Source of the DNA: Actinomycetota bacterium
Lineage (GTDB): Bacteria; Actinomycetota; CADDZG01; WHSQ01
Assembly: GCA_046566065.1 (NCBI GenBank)
Contig: JBKHXK010000010.1
Location: 4,392-68,391, forward strand
Direction: 5' to 3'
Length of the DNA stretch: 64,000 nucleotides
Shown here: piece by piece, positions 52,575 through 62,244 of the stretch
Layout of the letters: each line of letters begins with the position of its first letter
Position numbering within the stretch: position 1 is the stretch's first letter
The notes under the pieces: generated by a model
Told to the model about the DNA's origin: nothing
What the model saw: the letters and a program-made list of their open reading frames with translations, nothing else
Database searches by the model: none
Made by a program: the position numbers and the translations under genes

Positions 52575-52970
52575 GTGGAGGAGGGCAGCGATACGCTGGG
52601 GCCCATGATCGATTCTCGGATCCCCCGCTTCTCTCAGGGCGTGCAGGCCGTGGTTCTTGCCGTGGCCTTCCTCCTCGACTGGATCTGGGCCGTACCGATC
52701 CTGGCCGCGATCCTGTTCGCCTCGGTGCTCGGCGGGCCCCGGTGGAACCTGCTCGCTCTGCTCTACAAGGCCCTGCCGATCGGACCCGGCGAGATGGAGC
52801 CGGCGGCGCCCCCACGCTTCGCCCAGACGCTTGGAACCGTCTTCCTCACGATCGGCTCGGTCACGCTGGTGGCCGCGGAGAAGGGCACGACCACCTGGTG
52901 GGCGCTCGGCTGGGGACCGGCGCTCGCCGTCGCCGTGCTCTCGGCATTGGCCGCCACGACCTCCTTCTGA
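52575..52970 (+). CDS. DUF4395-like membrane protein
   Basis: Contains IPRFSQGVQAVVLAVAFLL...PPRFAQTLGTVFL, and about four hydrophobic spans are visible. The start is uncertain: GTG 52575 or ATG 52605. Confidence 0.55.
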   Translation: MEEGSDTLGPMIDSRIPRFSQGVQAVVLAVAFLLDWIWAVPILAAILFASVLGGPRWNLLALLYKALPIGPGEMEPAAPPRFAQTLGTVFLTIGSVTLVAAEKGTTTWWALGWGPALAVAVLSALAATTSF

Positions 52971-53020
52971 CTGGGCTGCGAGATCTACCTGCTGGTCCAG
53001 CGGGCAAGGCGCCAAACGGG

Positions 53021-53425
53021 GTGAACCGCCTCGCTGTGCTCGCGCTCGCCTTCGCGCTGGGCGGTGTCTTCTTGTTGGCCTACAACCGTTATCGCTCCGG
53101 CTGGACCCCCTGGCCCGAGAGGTTGTCCATCGATGATCTCGGTCTGGAGCTCATGACCGGGTGCTGCGCGTTCGTGGTGTTCACCACGCCCGCCTGTCGC
53201 CCCTGCAAGGCGGCCCTTCGCGTTGTGGAAGCGGCGGTTCGTCAGGCGCCGGGCGTCACGGAGATCAAGGAGATCGACGCCATGGAGCGGCACGACCTGG
53301 CGGCGAGATACGAGGTACGCACGATCCCGACGGTGTTCCTGATCACCGCCAGCGGCCACGTGATCCGTCGGTGGAGAGAGGTACCGGAGCCCGAGGACGT
53401 TCGCGTCGCTCTCAGCGCGGTCTAG
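53021..53425 (+). CDS. membrane-anchored thioredoxin-like protein
   Basis: GTG start with an N-terminal transmembrane segment. Contains CxxC in FTTPACRPCK and cis-Pro context RTIPTVFL. The longer ORF-track version overlaps the DUF4395 gene. Confidence 0.7.
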   Translation: MNRLAVLALAFALGGVFLLAYNRYRSGWTPWPERLSIDDLGLELMTGCCAFVVFTTPACRPCKAALRVVEAAVRQAPGVTEIKEIDAMERHDLAARYEVRTIPTVFLITASGHVIRRWREVPEPEDVRVALSAV

Positions 53426-53429
53426 CCGG

Positions 53430-54377
53430 TTGGAGGCGGACCCACGCGTCTATCGGACGCTTCTAAGCGCCGCCGAGCTGCAGCAACTCAAAGCCGAAAC
53501 CGGTATGAGCGTCAGCGTCTGCCTTCCCGCGTTGAACGAAGAGCGAACGATCGGCGAGATCTGCCGAGCGATCCGATCGCTCATGCCCGCACTCGTCGAC
53601 GAACTGATCGTGGTCGATTCGGGATCGGTGGACGACACGATGGCGCTCGCCGCGCAAGCGGGGGCCGTGGTCTACCCGGTGGCGTCGATCCTGCCCCACA
53701 TAGAGGTGGAGCGCGGCGGCAAGGGTGAAGTGCTGTGGCGGTCGCTGGCCGTCGCCCGCGGTGACATCGTGGTGTGGCTGGATTCGGACACCAGGAACTT
53801 CGACACGTCCTTCGTCCTCGACCTGATCGAGCCGCTGCTCGTTGATCCGGAACTCCGCATGACCAAGGCCTTCTACGACCGACCCTTGCAAAACTCCGAA
53901 GGGGCATTGACGACGGGCGGAGCGCGCGTGACAGAGCTGCTCGTGCGTCCCCTTGCTCACATCTTGTTCCCGGAACTGCTCGGCTTCATCCAACCTCTGT
54001 CCGGAGAGTACGCGGCCCACCGCGACGTGCTCCGATCCCTTCCCTTGTTCACGGGTTACGGGGTTGAGATCGGGCTGCTGATCGACGTGGCGCAAGAGGT
54101 GGGACTCGACCGGGTCGTGCAGGTCGACCTCGGATCTCGCATCCATCGCAACCAAGAGATCCTGGCCCTTGGTCGGATGGCATTCCAGGTCGCGCGCACG
54201 ATGACGACACGAGCCGAGGAACTCGGGCGCTTGAAGTTGGCCAACGACTGGCCCGAGTTGATGCGTCAGTTCAGGAGCGACGGAGAAGGCCCGATCGCGG
54301 AGGAGCACCCCCTGCAGGTGGTGGAGCTTCCTCCTATGGAGAGCGTTTCCGGAAGCGAGCCAACCACGATCCAGTGA
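53430..54377 (+). CDS. gpgS: glucosyl-3-phosphoglycerate synthase (GT81)
   Basis: Contains SVCLPALNEE...LIVVDSGSVDDT...GKGEVLWRSL...WLDSD...GGARVTELLVRPL...QPLSGEYA...GYGVEIGLLIDV...HRNQ. This closely parallels mycobacterial GpgS as I recall it. The TTG start is uncertain. Confidence 0.85.
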   Translation: MEADPRVYRTLLSAAELQQLKAETGMSVSVCLPALNEERTIGEICRAIRSLMPALVDELIVVDSGSVDDTMALAAQAGAVVYPVASILPHIEVERGGKGEVLWRSLAVARGDIVVWLDSDTRNFDTSFVLDLIEPLLVDPELRMTKAFYDRPLQNSEGALTTGGARVTELLVRPLAHILFPELLGFIQPLSGEYAAHRDVLRSLPLFTGYGVEIGLLIDVAQEVGLDRVVQVDLGSRIHRNQEILALGRMAFQVARTMTTRAEELGRLKLANDWPELMRQFRSDGEGPIAEEHPLQVVELPPMESVSGSEPTTIQ

Positions 54378-55623
54378 CGCGGGACCCGTCAGGTGGGGAA
54401 GGCTCCGATGGTCCTCCGTCGGGCGGCTCGTCGGGAACGATCGAAGGCGGAACCACTCCGACCTCCGCCGCGGGGCTGGGCTCCACTCCGAGGACCCGCG
54501 TCGACCAGAGGTGGCTCAACAGCAGCTTGGCCACCGCCACAGCGGGGACCCCGAGCAGGACGCCCCAGAAACCTGCGATCGTTCCTCCGGCAAGTATCGA
54601 CAACATCACCGTCACCGGGTGGAGCTTCACCGTTCTCTTCATGACGTTCGGACTGATGACGTGGTTGTCGATCTGCTGAACGACCAAAGCAACGAGCGCC
54701 GCCTTCAGACCCAGCCCGATCCCGTCGGTGACCGAGCCGATCACCAGACCGAGGCCCCCACCGATGAAAGGTCCGACCAGCGGGATCAGGTTGGTGAATC
54801 CTGCGATCGCCCCGATCACCAGCCAGAACGGGAGACCGATCAGGGCGAACCCGACGGCCGACATCACGCCTACGAGCAGCGCGACGAGGAACTGACCGCG
54901 GAAGAAGCCTCCGACCGTTCTTCCGACCTTGCCGCCAAGGTCCGCTACCTCCTCCCGGTGCGTCTCGGGCACCAGGTTCAGCAGATCGCGCTGCAGTTGA
55001 GGCAGGTCGATCAAGAGGTAGAGCGCGAGCAGGGGGCCGAGGATGAAGATGAGCAGCACCTCGATCACAGAAGACCCAAGCTCGGTGATGCGGTCCGCTG
55101 AAGCGGTGAGTCTCTCTCGGAACTCGGTCGTCACCTCATCGCAACGTTCGTGTGAGGGGGCGTCGGCGCCGGCCGTGTCGTCCGCGTCCAGCAGGCAGGT
55201 AACCGTCGCGGTGTCCACCCGGACACCGAAGCGATCCTCGAGATGCTCGCCACCGCGAACGATCGAGTTTGCCAACTCGACCTTGAACTCGGGCCATTGG
55301 TCGCGGAACGTCTCGACCTGATTCGAGACGAACGGGGTTATCGCGATGATCGCGAGAGTGAGTCCCCCGAGCACCACGACATAGGAAAGCGCGGTCCCCA
55401 GGGGACGGCTCACTCCCCGTTCCTCGGCGCGGCTGACCAAGGGATTCAAGAGGTAGATGATCAAGATCGCCAGGACCAGCGGCGGGAAGATGATGCGGAT
55501 CCTGAACAGGACCCAGATCAGGATCGCGCCGAGGATCAGCAGCCCGATGATCGACCAGGCGGCTACCCCTGCGCGCCGGAGCCGCTCGCCTGCGGGAAGC
55601 CGCGGCAACGTGGGCGTCGACAT
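54334..55623 (-). CDS. AI-2E family (PerM/UPF0118) transporter
   Basis: 429 aa and polytopic, with the typical ...FIPLVGPFIGG... segment (NLIPLVGPFIGGGL). It converges on gpgS with a 44-nt overlap. Confidence 0.8.
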   Translation of the reverse strand: MSTPTLPRLPAGERLRRAGVAAWSIIGLLILGAILIWVLFRIRIIFPPLVLAILIIYLLNPLVSRAEERGVSRPLGTALSYVVVLGGLTLAIIAITPFVSNQVETFRDQWPEFKVELANSIVRGGEHLEDRFGVRVDTATVTCLLDADDTAGADAPSHERCDEVTTEFRERLTASADRITELGSSVIEVLLIFILGPLLALYLLIDLPQLQRDLLNLVPETHREEVADLGGKVGRTVGGFFRGQFLVALLVGVMSAVGFALIGLPFWLVIGAIAGFTNLIPLVGPFIGGGLGLVIGSVTDGIGLGLKAALVALVVQQIDNHVISPNVMKRTVKLHPVTVMLSILAGGTIAGFWGVLLGVPAVAVAKLLLSHLWSTRVLGVEPSPAAEVGVVPPSIVPDEPPDGGPSEPSPPDGSRVTGSWLARFRKRSP

Positions 55624-55661
55624 GCGAGCAGTATCCCCCGCCGGGCACCGGGGAATCCCGA

Positions 55662-56744
55662 TCAGAAAGGTTGTCTGCGGACCAGTGCCTCTGTGGCTGA
55701 CGTCAGGAGCTCGCCCGGATCGGCCGGCTTTCCGTCCATCTCGACACCGCGGAGGTCGAGCACGTCACTGAACCCCGCGTTGAGGGCCATCCGCTCGCTG
55801 ACCGACAGGTGACCGAACAACCCGAGACACGGCACCCCGTGCTCGTGTGCCATCGCCGCAACCCCGGCGGGCACCTTGCCTCTCAAGCTCTGTTCGTCGA
55901 AGCGCCCTTCACCCGTGATGACCGCGTCCGCCATACCGATCAGGTCCGCGAGGTGAACGGCGTCGGCGATATAGCTGAAGCCAGAGCGCAGTTCGGCCCC
56001 CACGAACGCCACGAGACCTGCGCCGATCCCCCCACCCGCTCCGCCGAAGGGCAGCGACGAGAGGTCGATGTCCAACGTGCCGCGCACGATGTCCGCCAGA
56101 TTCACGAGGCCCCGGGTCAGCAACTCCACCTGGTCCGGCGACGCGCCCTTCTGGGGGCCGAACATCTCGGCGCTCATCTCAAGCGGGATGTCCACATCGC
56201 AGAGACCGATCACGGTGACGTCGAGGGGCTCGGAGGGCCGATCTATGTAGCGAAGCTCTGCCAGCGAGCCGCCGCCCGCCGGCAAAGGCCTGCCGCCCTC
56301 GTCGAAGAAACCCCAGCCGAGCGCACGGGCCAGGCCGACTCCCCCATCGGTCGACATGGTGCCTCCGACGCCTACGAGGACGGTCCCTCCGGCGCCGCAC
56401 ATCTCGGCCGCGGCCTTGATCAGCGTCCCGATCCCCTCGGAATCCGCCCGGAGTGGATCGCCGCTCGATGAGGCCGCGGTCTCGATACAGGCGACGTTGC
56501 TGTTGAGCAGCGCGATCGGCGCTCTCCGCTTGGCCCCCCAGGGATCCACCGTGTCCGCGAAGCGCTTCACACCCCCGACCGCATCGAGCAACACCTCCAG
56601 CGTGCCCGCTCCTCCATCCGCCAAAGGCGTGGCGGATACCCAGGCCTCGGGACGGACGTTGCGCACGCCATGCGTCATCGCCAGAGCTGCACCGGATCCC
56701 GTGAGGGTTCCCTTGAACTTGTCCGGAGCGATGAGGATGCGCAC
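55662..56744 (-). CDS. glxK: glycerate kinase
   Basis: GTG start. Contains MRILIAPDKFKGTLTG..., and the C-terminal part has ITGEGRFDEQSLRGKVP. Confidence 0.9.
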   Translation of the reverse strand: MRILIAPDKFKGTLTGSGAALAMTHGVRNVRPEAWVSATPLADGGAGTLEVLLDAVGGVKRFADTVDPWGAKRRAPIALLNSNVACIETAASSSGDPLRADSEGIGTLIKAAAEMCGAGGTVLVGVGGTMSTDGGVGLARALGWGFFDEGGRPLPAGGGSLAELRYIDRPSEPLDVTVIGLCDVDIPLEMSAEMFGPQKGASPDQVELLTRGLVNLADIVRGTLDIDLSSLPFGGAGGGIGAGLVAFVGAELRSGFSYIADAVHLADLIGMADAVITGEGRFDEQSLRGKVPAGVAAMAHEHGVPCLGLFGHLSVSERMALNAGFSDVLDLRGVEMDGKPADPGELLTSATEALVRRQPF

Positions 56745-56764
56745 GGGCCCTACGATACGTACAG

Positions 56765-58246
56765 ATGAGGGGTGAGATAAAGGTCACTCTCGTGTCGAAC
56801 CGAGGACCGGTGACCTTCGTCCGCTCGGGACACGGGTTCGAGACCAAGAGAGGAGCCGGTGGCCTGGCCGGCGCACTCGATCCCGTGGCTCGTCGTCTAG
56901 GAGACGGCGCCATCTGGATCGCGGCTGCGACGTCCGAAAGCGATCGCCACGCGAAGCATGAGGGTCGGGTTGGATCGCTGCGATCTCTGCTCGGCTACGA
57001 GGTCGAGCTGCTGGACATCGAGCCGGGGACCTACCAGGACTACTACGACGTCGTCTCCAACCGGATGCTTTGGTTCGCCAACCACTGCCTGTGGAAGGAG
57101 GTCGGCCTCGGCGGCTTCGGGGCCCGTGAGGTGGAGGCCTGGCACCGGGCCTACGTCCCCGTGAACGAGATCTTCGCTCGTGCCGCCGTCGAGCGCTCAG
57201 ACCGCGACACCTTGATCCTGATCCAGGACTACCACCTGTCGGTCGCCCCGCGCCTGATCCGGGAACGGGCGCCCGACCGCACGATCGGGCACTTCACCCA
57301 TTCGTCCTTCTGCGGCAAACCCGGCCTCCAAGTCCTCCCCGAGCCGATCCCGAAGAGCGTGATCGACGGCATGTTGGGGGCCGATCTGCTCGGCTTCCAC
57401 GTCGCGGACTGGGCGAACGGCTTCATGGATTGCTGCGAGTGGGTGGGCGCCGATGTCGACCGCAGCTCGGGACGGGTGACGCATCGAGGCAGGACGAGCT
57501 GGGTGCGGACGTATCCGATCCCTATCGATGCGGCGGCGCTGCGCGATCGAGCATCTAGGGCCGAGCCGGCGGCATGGGAGGCCCGCTTCGAAGCCGGATG
57601 GACGCACGGTCCGCCCGGCCCGGGGCATCTGGTCGTGAGGGCCGACCGCAGCGAGCCCTCCAAGAACATCGTGCGAGGGTTCGAGGCCTTCGGATCGCTG
57701 CTGGATCGCCGCCCCGACCTGCGACAGACGGCTCGCTTCCTCGCGTGCGTCTACCCATCCAGACAGTCGATGCCGGAGTACCGGGCGTATTCGGAGCGGA
57801 TCCTCGCCTCGGTCGAGGAGGTGAACGCGCGCCACCCCGGATCGATCCGATTGCAACTCGATGACGAGTTCGATCGCACCCTCGCCGCTCTTCGCATCTA
57901 CGACGTCTTGTTGGTCAACCCGATCATGGACGGGATGAACCTCGTCTCCAAGGAAGGGCCGTCGATCAATCGAAGGGGCGGGAGCCTGGTTCTGTCTCGG
58001 GGGGCCGGATCGTTCGCCGAACTGGGAGAGCACGCGGTCGCGATCGAAGATGCCCTCGACGTCGAAGCAACGGCAAGTGCTCTCGAGAGCGCCTTGGACA
58101 TGGATGCGAAAGAACGGGCGAGGCGGGCCACCGCCTTGCGTCGCGTGGCCGAATCCCGCAGACCGGAGGATTGGATCGAGGCGCAGTTGGCGGATCTCGG
58201 CGCGATCCATGAGGGGGCCGAACCGATCACTCCTCCGCCGAGCTAG
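56765..58246 (+). CDS. otsA: alpha,alpha-trehalose-phosphate synthase (GT20)
   Basis: Contains VSNRGPV...GAGGLAGAL...IQDYHL...VNPIMDGMNLVSKE. Confidence 0.9.
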   Translation: MRGEIKVTLVSNRGPVTFVRSGHGFETKRGAGGLAGALDPVARRLGDGAIWIAAATSESDRHAKHEGRVGSLRSLLGYEVELLDIEPGTYQDYYDVVSNRMLWFANHCLWKEVGLGGFGAREVEAWHRAYVPVNEIFARAAVERSDRDTLILIQDYHLSVAPRLIRERAPDRTIGHFTHSSFCGKPGLQVLPEPIPKSVIDGMLGADLLGFHVADWANGFMDCCEWVGADVDRSSGRVTHRGRTSWVRTYPIPIDAAALRDRASRAEPAAWEARFEAGWTHGPPGPGHLVVRADRSEPSKNIVRGFEAFGSLLDRRPDLRQTARFLACVYPSRQSMPEYRAYSERILASVEEVNARHPGSIRLQLDDEFDRTLAALRIYDVLLVNPIMDGMNLVSKEGPSINRRGGSLVLSRGAGSFAELGEHAVAIEDALDVEATASALESALDMDAKERARRATALRRVAESRRPEDWIEAQLADLGAIHEGAEPITPPPS

Positions 58247-59028
58247 TCGTCCTCCGCCAGCGATCTCAGCAGTTCCAACATCCCCTGGGGGCCCTCCACG
58301 ATCACATCTCCCCGCTGCAACAACTCGGGTGGAGCCTCACCGGACGAGACCGCGACCCGGACCGTGTCGATCCCCTGCCTTGATAACCGATCCAGAGCGT
58401 CGAAACCCGGGAGATCGACCACGTCATCTCCCGCGAACAGGACCGGATCGAGCGAGGAGTCGGCGGCGACCTCTAGAACGACGTCGGCCTTCGATAGTTG
58501 GATCGGAGGACGAAGCTCGAACGCCCGCTTGCCCTCTGCGTGCCATAGCCCGAAGCGCTCTGCGAGATCTGATGTGAGAACCCGAAGATGGTGCGACGCC
58601 GAGTCGTGATCGTCCGCGGCACGGTAGTGCAAGCCGACCATCACGCCCTTGTCCTCGACCAAGACCCCGGGTATCGCGAGCTGGCGGATCCGCTTCTCGG
58701 CCTCGTCGTACACCTCTCGCATCAGCCCTAGATACGGAGCCGCCAGGTCAGACACGACCACCTCTCCCGCGATCGCTCTCTCCGCGCCATGGACCCCCCA
58801 GATATCGAGGGAGGGGCCGAGCCATCCGAGGAGCTCACGAGCCGACCGACCGGAGATGATGCTCAGGGCCCGGTATCGCTCGGACAGATCGTGCAGGACC
58901 TCCACCACCCCCTCTGCGGGACGCGCGTCCGAGGGCAGCGGAACCAACTCGGACAAAGTCCCGTCGAAGTCGAGGAGGATGCCGGCGGTGGCCGCGCGCG
59001 TGCGGAAACGATCGAGGATCGATTGCAT
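58243..59028 (-). CDS. otsB: trehalose-phosphatase (HAD superfamily)
   Basis: Contains LLDFDGTLSELV...SGRS...GDDVVD. It converges on otsA with a 4-nt overlap. Confidence 0.87.
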   Translation of the reverse strand: MQSILDRFRTRAATAGILLDFDGTLSELVPLPSDARPAEGVVEVLHDLSERYRALSIISGRSARELLGWLGPSLDIWGVHGAERAIAGEVVVSDLAAPYLGLMREVYDEAEKRIRQLAIPGVLVEDKGVMVGLHYRAADDHDSASHHLRVLTSDLAERFGLWHAEGKRAFELRPPIQLSKADVVLEVAADSSLDPVLFAGDDVVDLPGFDALDRLSRQGIDTVRVAVSSGEAPPELLQRGDVIVEGPQGMLELLRSLAEDD

Positions 59029-59076
59029 CCTCGGAGCGTAGACGGTGGCCGCAGCGAGCCTTCTAGACTGCTCGCG

Positions 59077-59874
59077 ATGAAAGCCCGGCAGCTCTTAGCC
59101 GGCGCGCTCCTACTGCTGACGATGGTGGCGTGCCGCCCAGACACGGTCGACCTCGGTTATCGATATCCCGAAGGATCGTTGAGGTACAGGATGCGCGCCG
59201 AGGCCGGAGCGGAGTGGGACATCGGCGGTCCGGGGAAAGGCTCGTACGTCGTTACCTTCGAGGTGACCGAAACGGTTCAGTCTTCCGACGAGCAAGGAGC
59301 CGTCGTCACGGTCGAGATGGTCCCCGAGTCTGTCGAAGAGAACGGGTTGCCTTCTCCCGGGAGCGAAGAACGATCCTTCGCCTTGAGGATCGGACCGAAC
59401 GGCGAAGTCCTCGAGGTTCTCGAGGTCGACGGCATCGAAGCTGACGCTCTCGATCCAGACGAGCTGATCTTCATCGGCACCTACCGTCCACCGTTGCCGC
59501 AGGAGCGGGTCCGGCTTGGTGACGCATGGGAGGCCGAGCAGGAGGTGCGCCTCGCATCGGTCTTCCAGCAGTTCGTGACCACCGGGACGCTGGAGTCGTT
59601 GGACCGTGACGCGCAGGGCCGCTTGGCACGGCTTCGCTACGAAGGAGACGGCCCTCTAGTTTGGAGCACGGTGCTTCCGCAGGGCGACGCCGAGCTGACC
59701 GGCTTCGCAGACACGGCCAGCGAAGCCGAACTCGATATCGACGGAGGATTCTTACGGCGAGCGAGCTCCTCGACGAGCGGGCGGTTCGAGGTACGCGTCG
59801 ACCCCGGGGGCCAGCAGGCACCGATCACCGGGACCCTGGAGCTCGACCTCCGCCTGGACCTGGAGAAGCTCTAG
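59077..59874 (+). CDS. lipoprotein, function unknown
   Basis: Start is set at ATG 59077 (MKARQLLAGALLLLTMVAC, lipobox). The upstream part of the 361-aa ORF is antisense to otsB. Confidence 0.55.
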   Translation: MKARQLLAGALLLLTMVACRPDTVDLGYRYPEGSLRYRMRAEAGAEWDIGGPGKGSYVVTFEVTETVQSSDEQGAVVTVEMVPESVEENGLPSPGSEERSFALRIGPNGEVLEVLEVDGIEADALDPDELIFIGTYRPPLPQERVRLGDAWEAEQEVRLASVFQQFVTTGTLESLDRDAQGRLARLRYEGDGPLVWSTVLPQGDAELTGFADTASEAELDIDGGFLRRASSSTSGRFEVRVDPGGQQAPITGTLELDLRLDLEKL

Positions 59875-59875
59875 A

Positions 59876-60442
59876 TCAGACCTCGTCGTTGCCGACCACG
59901 ACGTGGAGCGCGACCGTGTCGGACAGGTTGGCTGGTTTCGGCTCCGCGACCCAACCGAAACGGGCAGCAAGTCGCTCCGCGGCCTCCCGCGCCTCGGGAT
60001 AGGACCAGAAGACGGTCGTCCTCGGATAGGTCCGCGACGCGCTCTCCAGGTTCTCGATCCGGAAGCCCAGCGCCGATAGTCGGTCGGCGAGAGCGTCGTC
60101 CGCCGAGGTGTCCGAGGTCGAGTTGAGGATCTGGATGTTGATCCCTTCGACGATCAGCTCCTCCTCCGCGCCGTCCGTCTGGGACGGCTTGGGCTGAGGC
60201 GATGTCTCGGGCGTCTCGGTTGGACTCGCCACGACCAGGCTTTCCGACACCTCGGGGGTGGGGGTCGGAGATTGCTTCTCCGTCTCCTGTGCAACGGGCA
60301 CCGTCGGCTCGTCCCCGCCCAGGTTGCCTACGAGGAACCAGACCGCGATACCGACCACGGCTGCGAACAGGAGCCAGGGCAGCATCCAGCCCACCAAGGA
60401 CCTATAGAAAGGCCCCTGTCTGCCTGCTGAGTGGCGGCCCAC
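59876..60442 (-). CDS. LytR_C-domain membrane protein
   Basis: N-terminal transmembrane segment and a Pro/Thr/Glu linker. The C-terminal INIQILNSTSDTSADDALADRLSALGF...VFWSYP is typical of LytR cell-envelope-related C-terminal domains. Confidence 0.7.
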   Translation of the reverse strand: MGRHSAGRQGPFYRSLVGWMLPWLLFAAVVGIAVWFLVGNLGGDEPTVPVAQETEKQSPTPTPEVSESLVVASPTETPETSPQPKPSQTDGAEEELIVEGINIQILNSTSDTSADDALADRLSALGFRIENLESASRTYPRTTVFWSYPEAREAAERLAARFGWVAEPKPANLSDTVALHVVVGNDEV

Positions 60443-60451
60443 CGAGGGGGT

Positions 60452-60721
60452 CTAGCGCTTGCTGGGTGAGTATTCCGCGCCGAGGAGGCGGGCCACCCGC
60501 TGACGCTGGCGATAAACGCGGAGCCTCTTCAAGCGCTTGACCAGGATGGGGTCGTAGGCGAGCGCCGCCGGCTTCTCCAGCAGCTCGTTGAGTAGTTGGT
60601 AGTAGCGGGTCGCAGACATGTCGAAACGCTCTTTGATCGCCTGCTCTTTGACGCCGGCGTGCTTCCACCAGGACCGCTCGAAATCGAGTACGGCTTTCTC
60701 TCGTGCCTCTAGCTCTTCCAT
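60452..60721 (-). CDS. DUF3263-family protein
   Basis: ILDFERSWWKHAGVKEQAIKERFDMSATRYYQLLNELL. This is an actinobacterial family, assigned by recall. Confidence 0.75.
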   Translation of the reverse strand: MEELEAREKAVLDFERSWWKHAGVKEQAIKERFDMSATRYYQLLNELLEKPAALAYDPILVKRLKRLRVYRQRQRVARLLGAEYSPSKR

Positions 60722-60762
60722 GCCGCCAGACTATGCCGCCGCCCGAGAAGGGGGGTGGATTT

Positions 60763-62049
60763 CTAGGGAAAGAGGCCTCGTGTGAGGTGGGCTTCTGCGA
60801 CCCTGCCGACTCCGATCCAGTGGGCCGCCTGGCGCATCGAGAGGCCCTTGGACGTGGCCAGATCGTAGACCTCGTCGAAAGCCCGCTCCATGATCAGCCG
60901 GAGCCGATCGTTGACCTCCTCTTCGTCCCAGAAGTAGGCCTGGATGTCCTGGACCCATTCGAAGTACGAGACGGTGACCCCTCCGGAGTTGGCGAGGATG
61001 TCTGGCACCACGAAGACGCCCTTGTCGTGGAGGACCTTGTCGCCCTCGAAAGTGATCGGACCGTTGGCGGCCTCGCAAACCACCTTCGCTTTGATGGCAT
61101 CGGCGTTCTTCACGGTGATGACGCCTTCGATCGCCGCAGGCACAAGGACGTCGCACTCGATCTCGAGCAGATCCGCATTCGATATCGGCTCGGCCCCCGA
61201 ATAGCCGGACACGGTGCCCGCTTCGTTGCTATGTCTGATGATCGCCTCCGGATCGAGGCCCTTCTCTCTGTAGAGGCCTCCGATCGCGTCGGATACGGCC
61301 ACCACACGGCACCCCGCATCGTGCAGGAGCTGAGCCGCGTGACCACCGACCTTCCCGTAACCCTGGATGGCCACGCTCACCTCGTCGATGCCGATGCCGA
61401 GAGATTTGAGCGTCTTGAAGATCATGTACATGACGCCGCGCGACGTCGCTCCGCCGCGCCCCTTCGATCCTCCGATCGAGACGGGCTTTCCGGTGACCAC
61501 ACCGGGAACGGAGTACCCAGAGTTCATGGAGTACGTATCCATGATCCAGCTCATGATCTCTTCGTTGGTGTTCATGTCGGGGGCCGGGATGTCTTTCTCC
61601 GGACCGATGAAGGGCAGGATCTCCGAGGCGTAGCGTCTCGTCATCCGCTCAAGCTCCGAGCGCGACAGCTCCTTGGGGTCGACCGAGACGCCGCCCTTGG
61701 CGCCCCCGAAGGGGATCCCCGCGATCGCGCACTTCCAGGTCATCCACATCGCCAGAGCCTTGACCTCGTCCAAACCGACGTCCGGGTGATAGCGGATCCC
61801 GCCTTTGGCGGGGCCGCGGGTGACGTTGTGGTGGACGCGATAGCCCTGGTACACGCGCGTGGAGCCATCGTCCATCCGGAACGGCACCGAAACGCTCAAC
61901 GAGCGCTTCGGGCTGCGGAGGATCTGATGGACACCGGGGGCGAGGCCCATGAGCTCGGCGACCTCGTCAAGCTGCGCGAGCGCGGTCTCCCACGCGGTGT
62001 CGTGCGAGGTGTCCTCGCTGGGCGGACCTACCACTGGCTCTGTCGTCAC
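60763..62049 (-). CDS. gdhA: Glu/Leu/Phe/Val-family glutamate dehydrogenase
   Basis: Contains GPAKGGIRYHP...FGGAKGG...GYGKVGG...NSGGVTVSYFEWVQ. The GTG start at 62049 abuts tRNA-Thr, so the true start may be a few codons downstream. Confidence 0.92.
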   Translation of the reverse strand: MTTEPVVGPPSEDTSHDTAWETALAQLDEVAELMGLAPGVHQILRSPKRSLSVSVPFRMDDGSTRVYQGYRVHHNVTRGPAKGGIRYHPDVGLDEVKALAMWMTWKCAIAGIPFGGAKGGVSVDPKELSRSELERMTRRYASEILPFIGPEKDIPAPDMNTNEEIMSWIMDTYSMNSGYSVPGVVTGKPVSIGGSKGRGGATSRGVMYMIFKTLKSLGIGIDEVSVAIQGYGKVGGHAAQLLHDAGCRVVAVSDAIGGLYREKGLDPEAIIRHSNEAGTVSGYSGAEPISNADLLEIECDVLVPAAIEGVITVKNADAIKAKVVCEAANGPITFEGDKVLHDKGVFVVPDILANSGGVTVSYFEWVQDIQAYFWDEEEVNDRLRLIMERAFDEVYDLATSKGLSMRQAAHWIGVGRVAEAHLTRGLFP

Positions 62050-62050
62050 G

Positions 62051-62124
62051 AGCCGGGTGTCGGATTCGAACCGACGGCCTACTCCTTACAAGGGAGCCGC
62101 TCTGACCACCTGAGCTAACCCGGC
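62051..62124 (-). tRNA. trnT: tRNA-Thr (anticodon UGU)
   Basis: Hand-folded cloverleaf:
- acceptor GCCGGGT/ACCCGGC
- anticodon arm GCTCC-CTTGTAA-GGAGT
- T arm GTCGG-TTCGAAT-CCGAC
- discriminator U. Confidence 0.92.
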
Positions 62125-62244
62125 GATTTCAATTCGTAGTCTTGAGCCCAGCGTACCTTCTGACGAAGGCCGAGCAGGGGGATCCAGACACGCTTCTGAT
62201 GTAACTAGAGCACGGCCAGACGTGCTCCAGTTAACCCAGAACGG

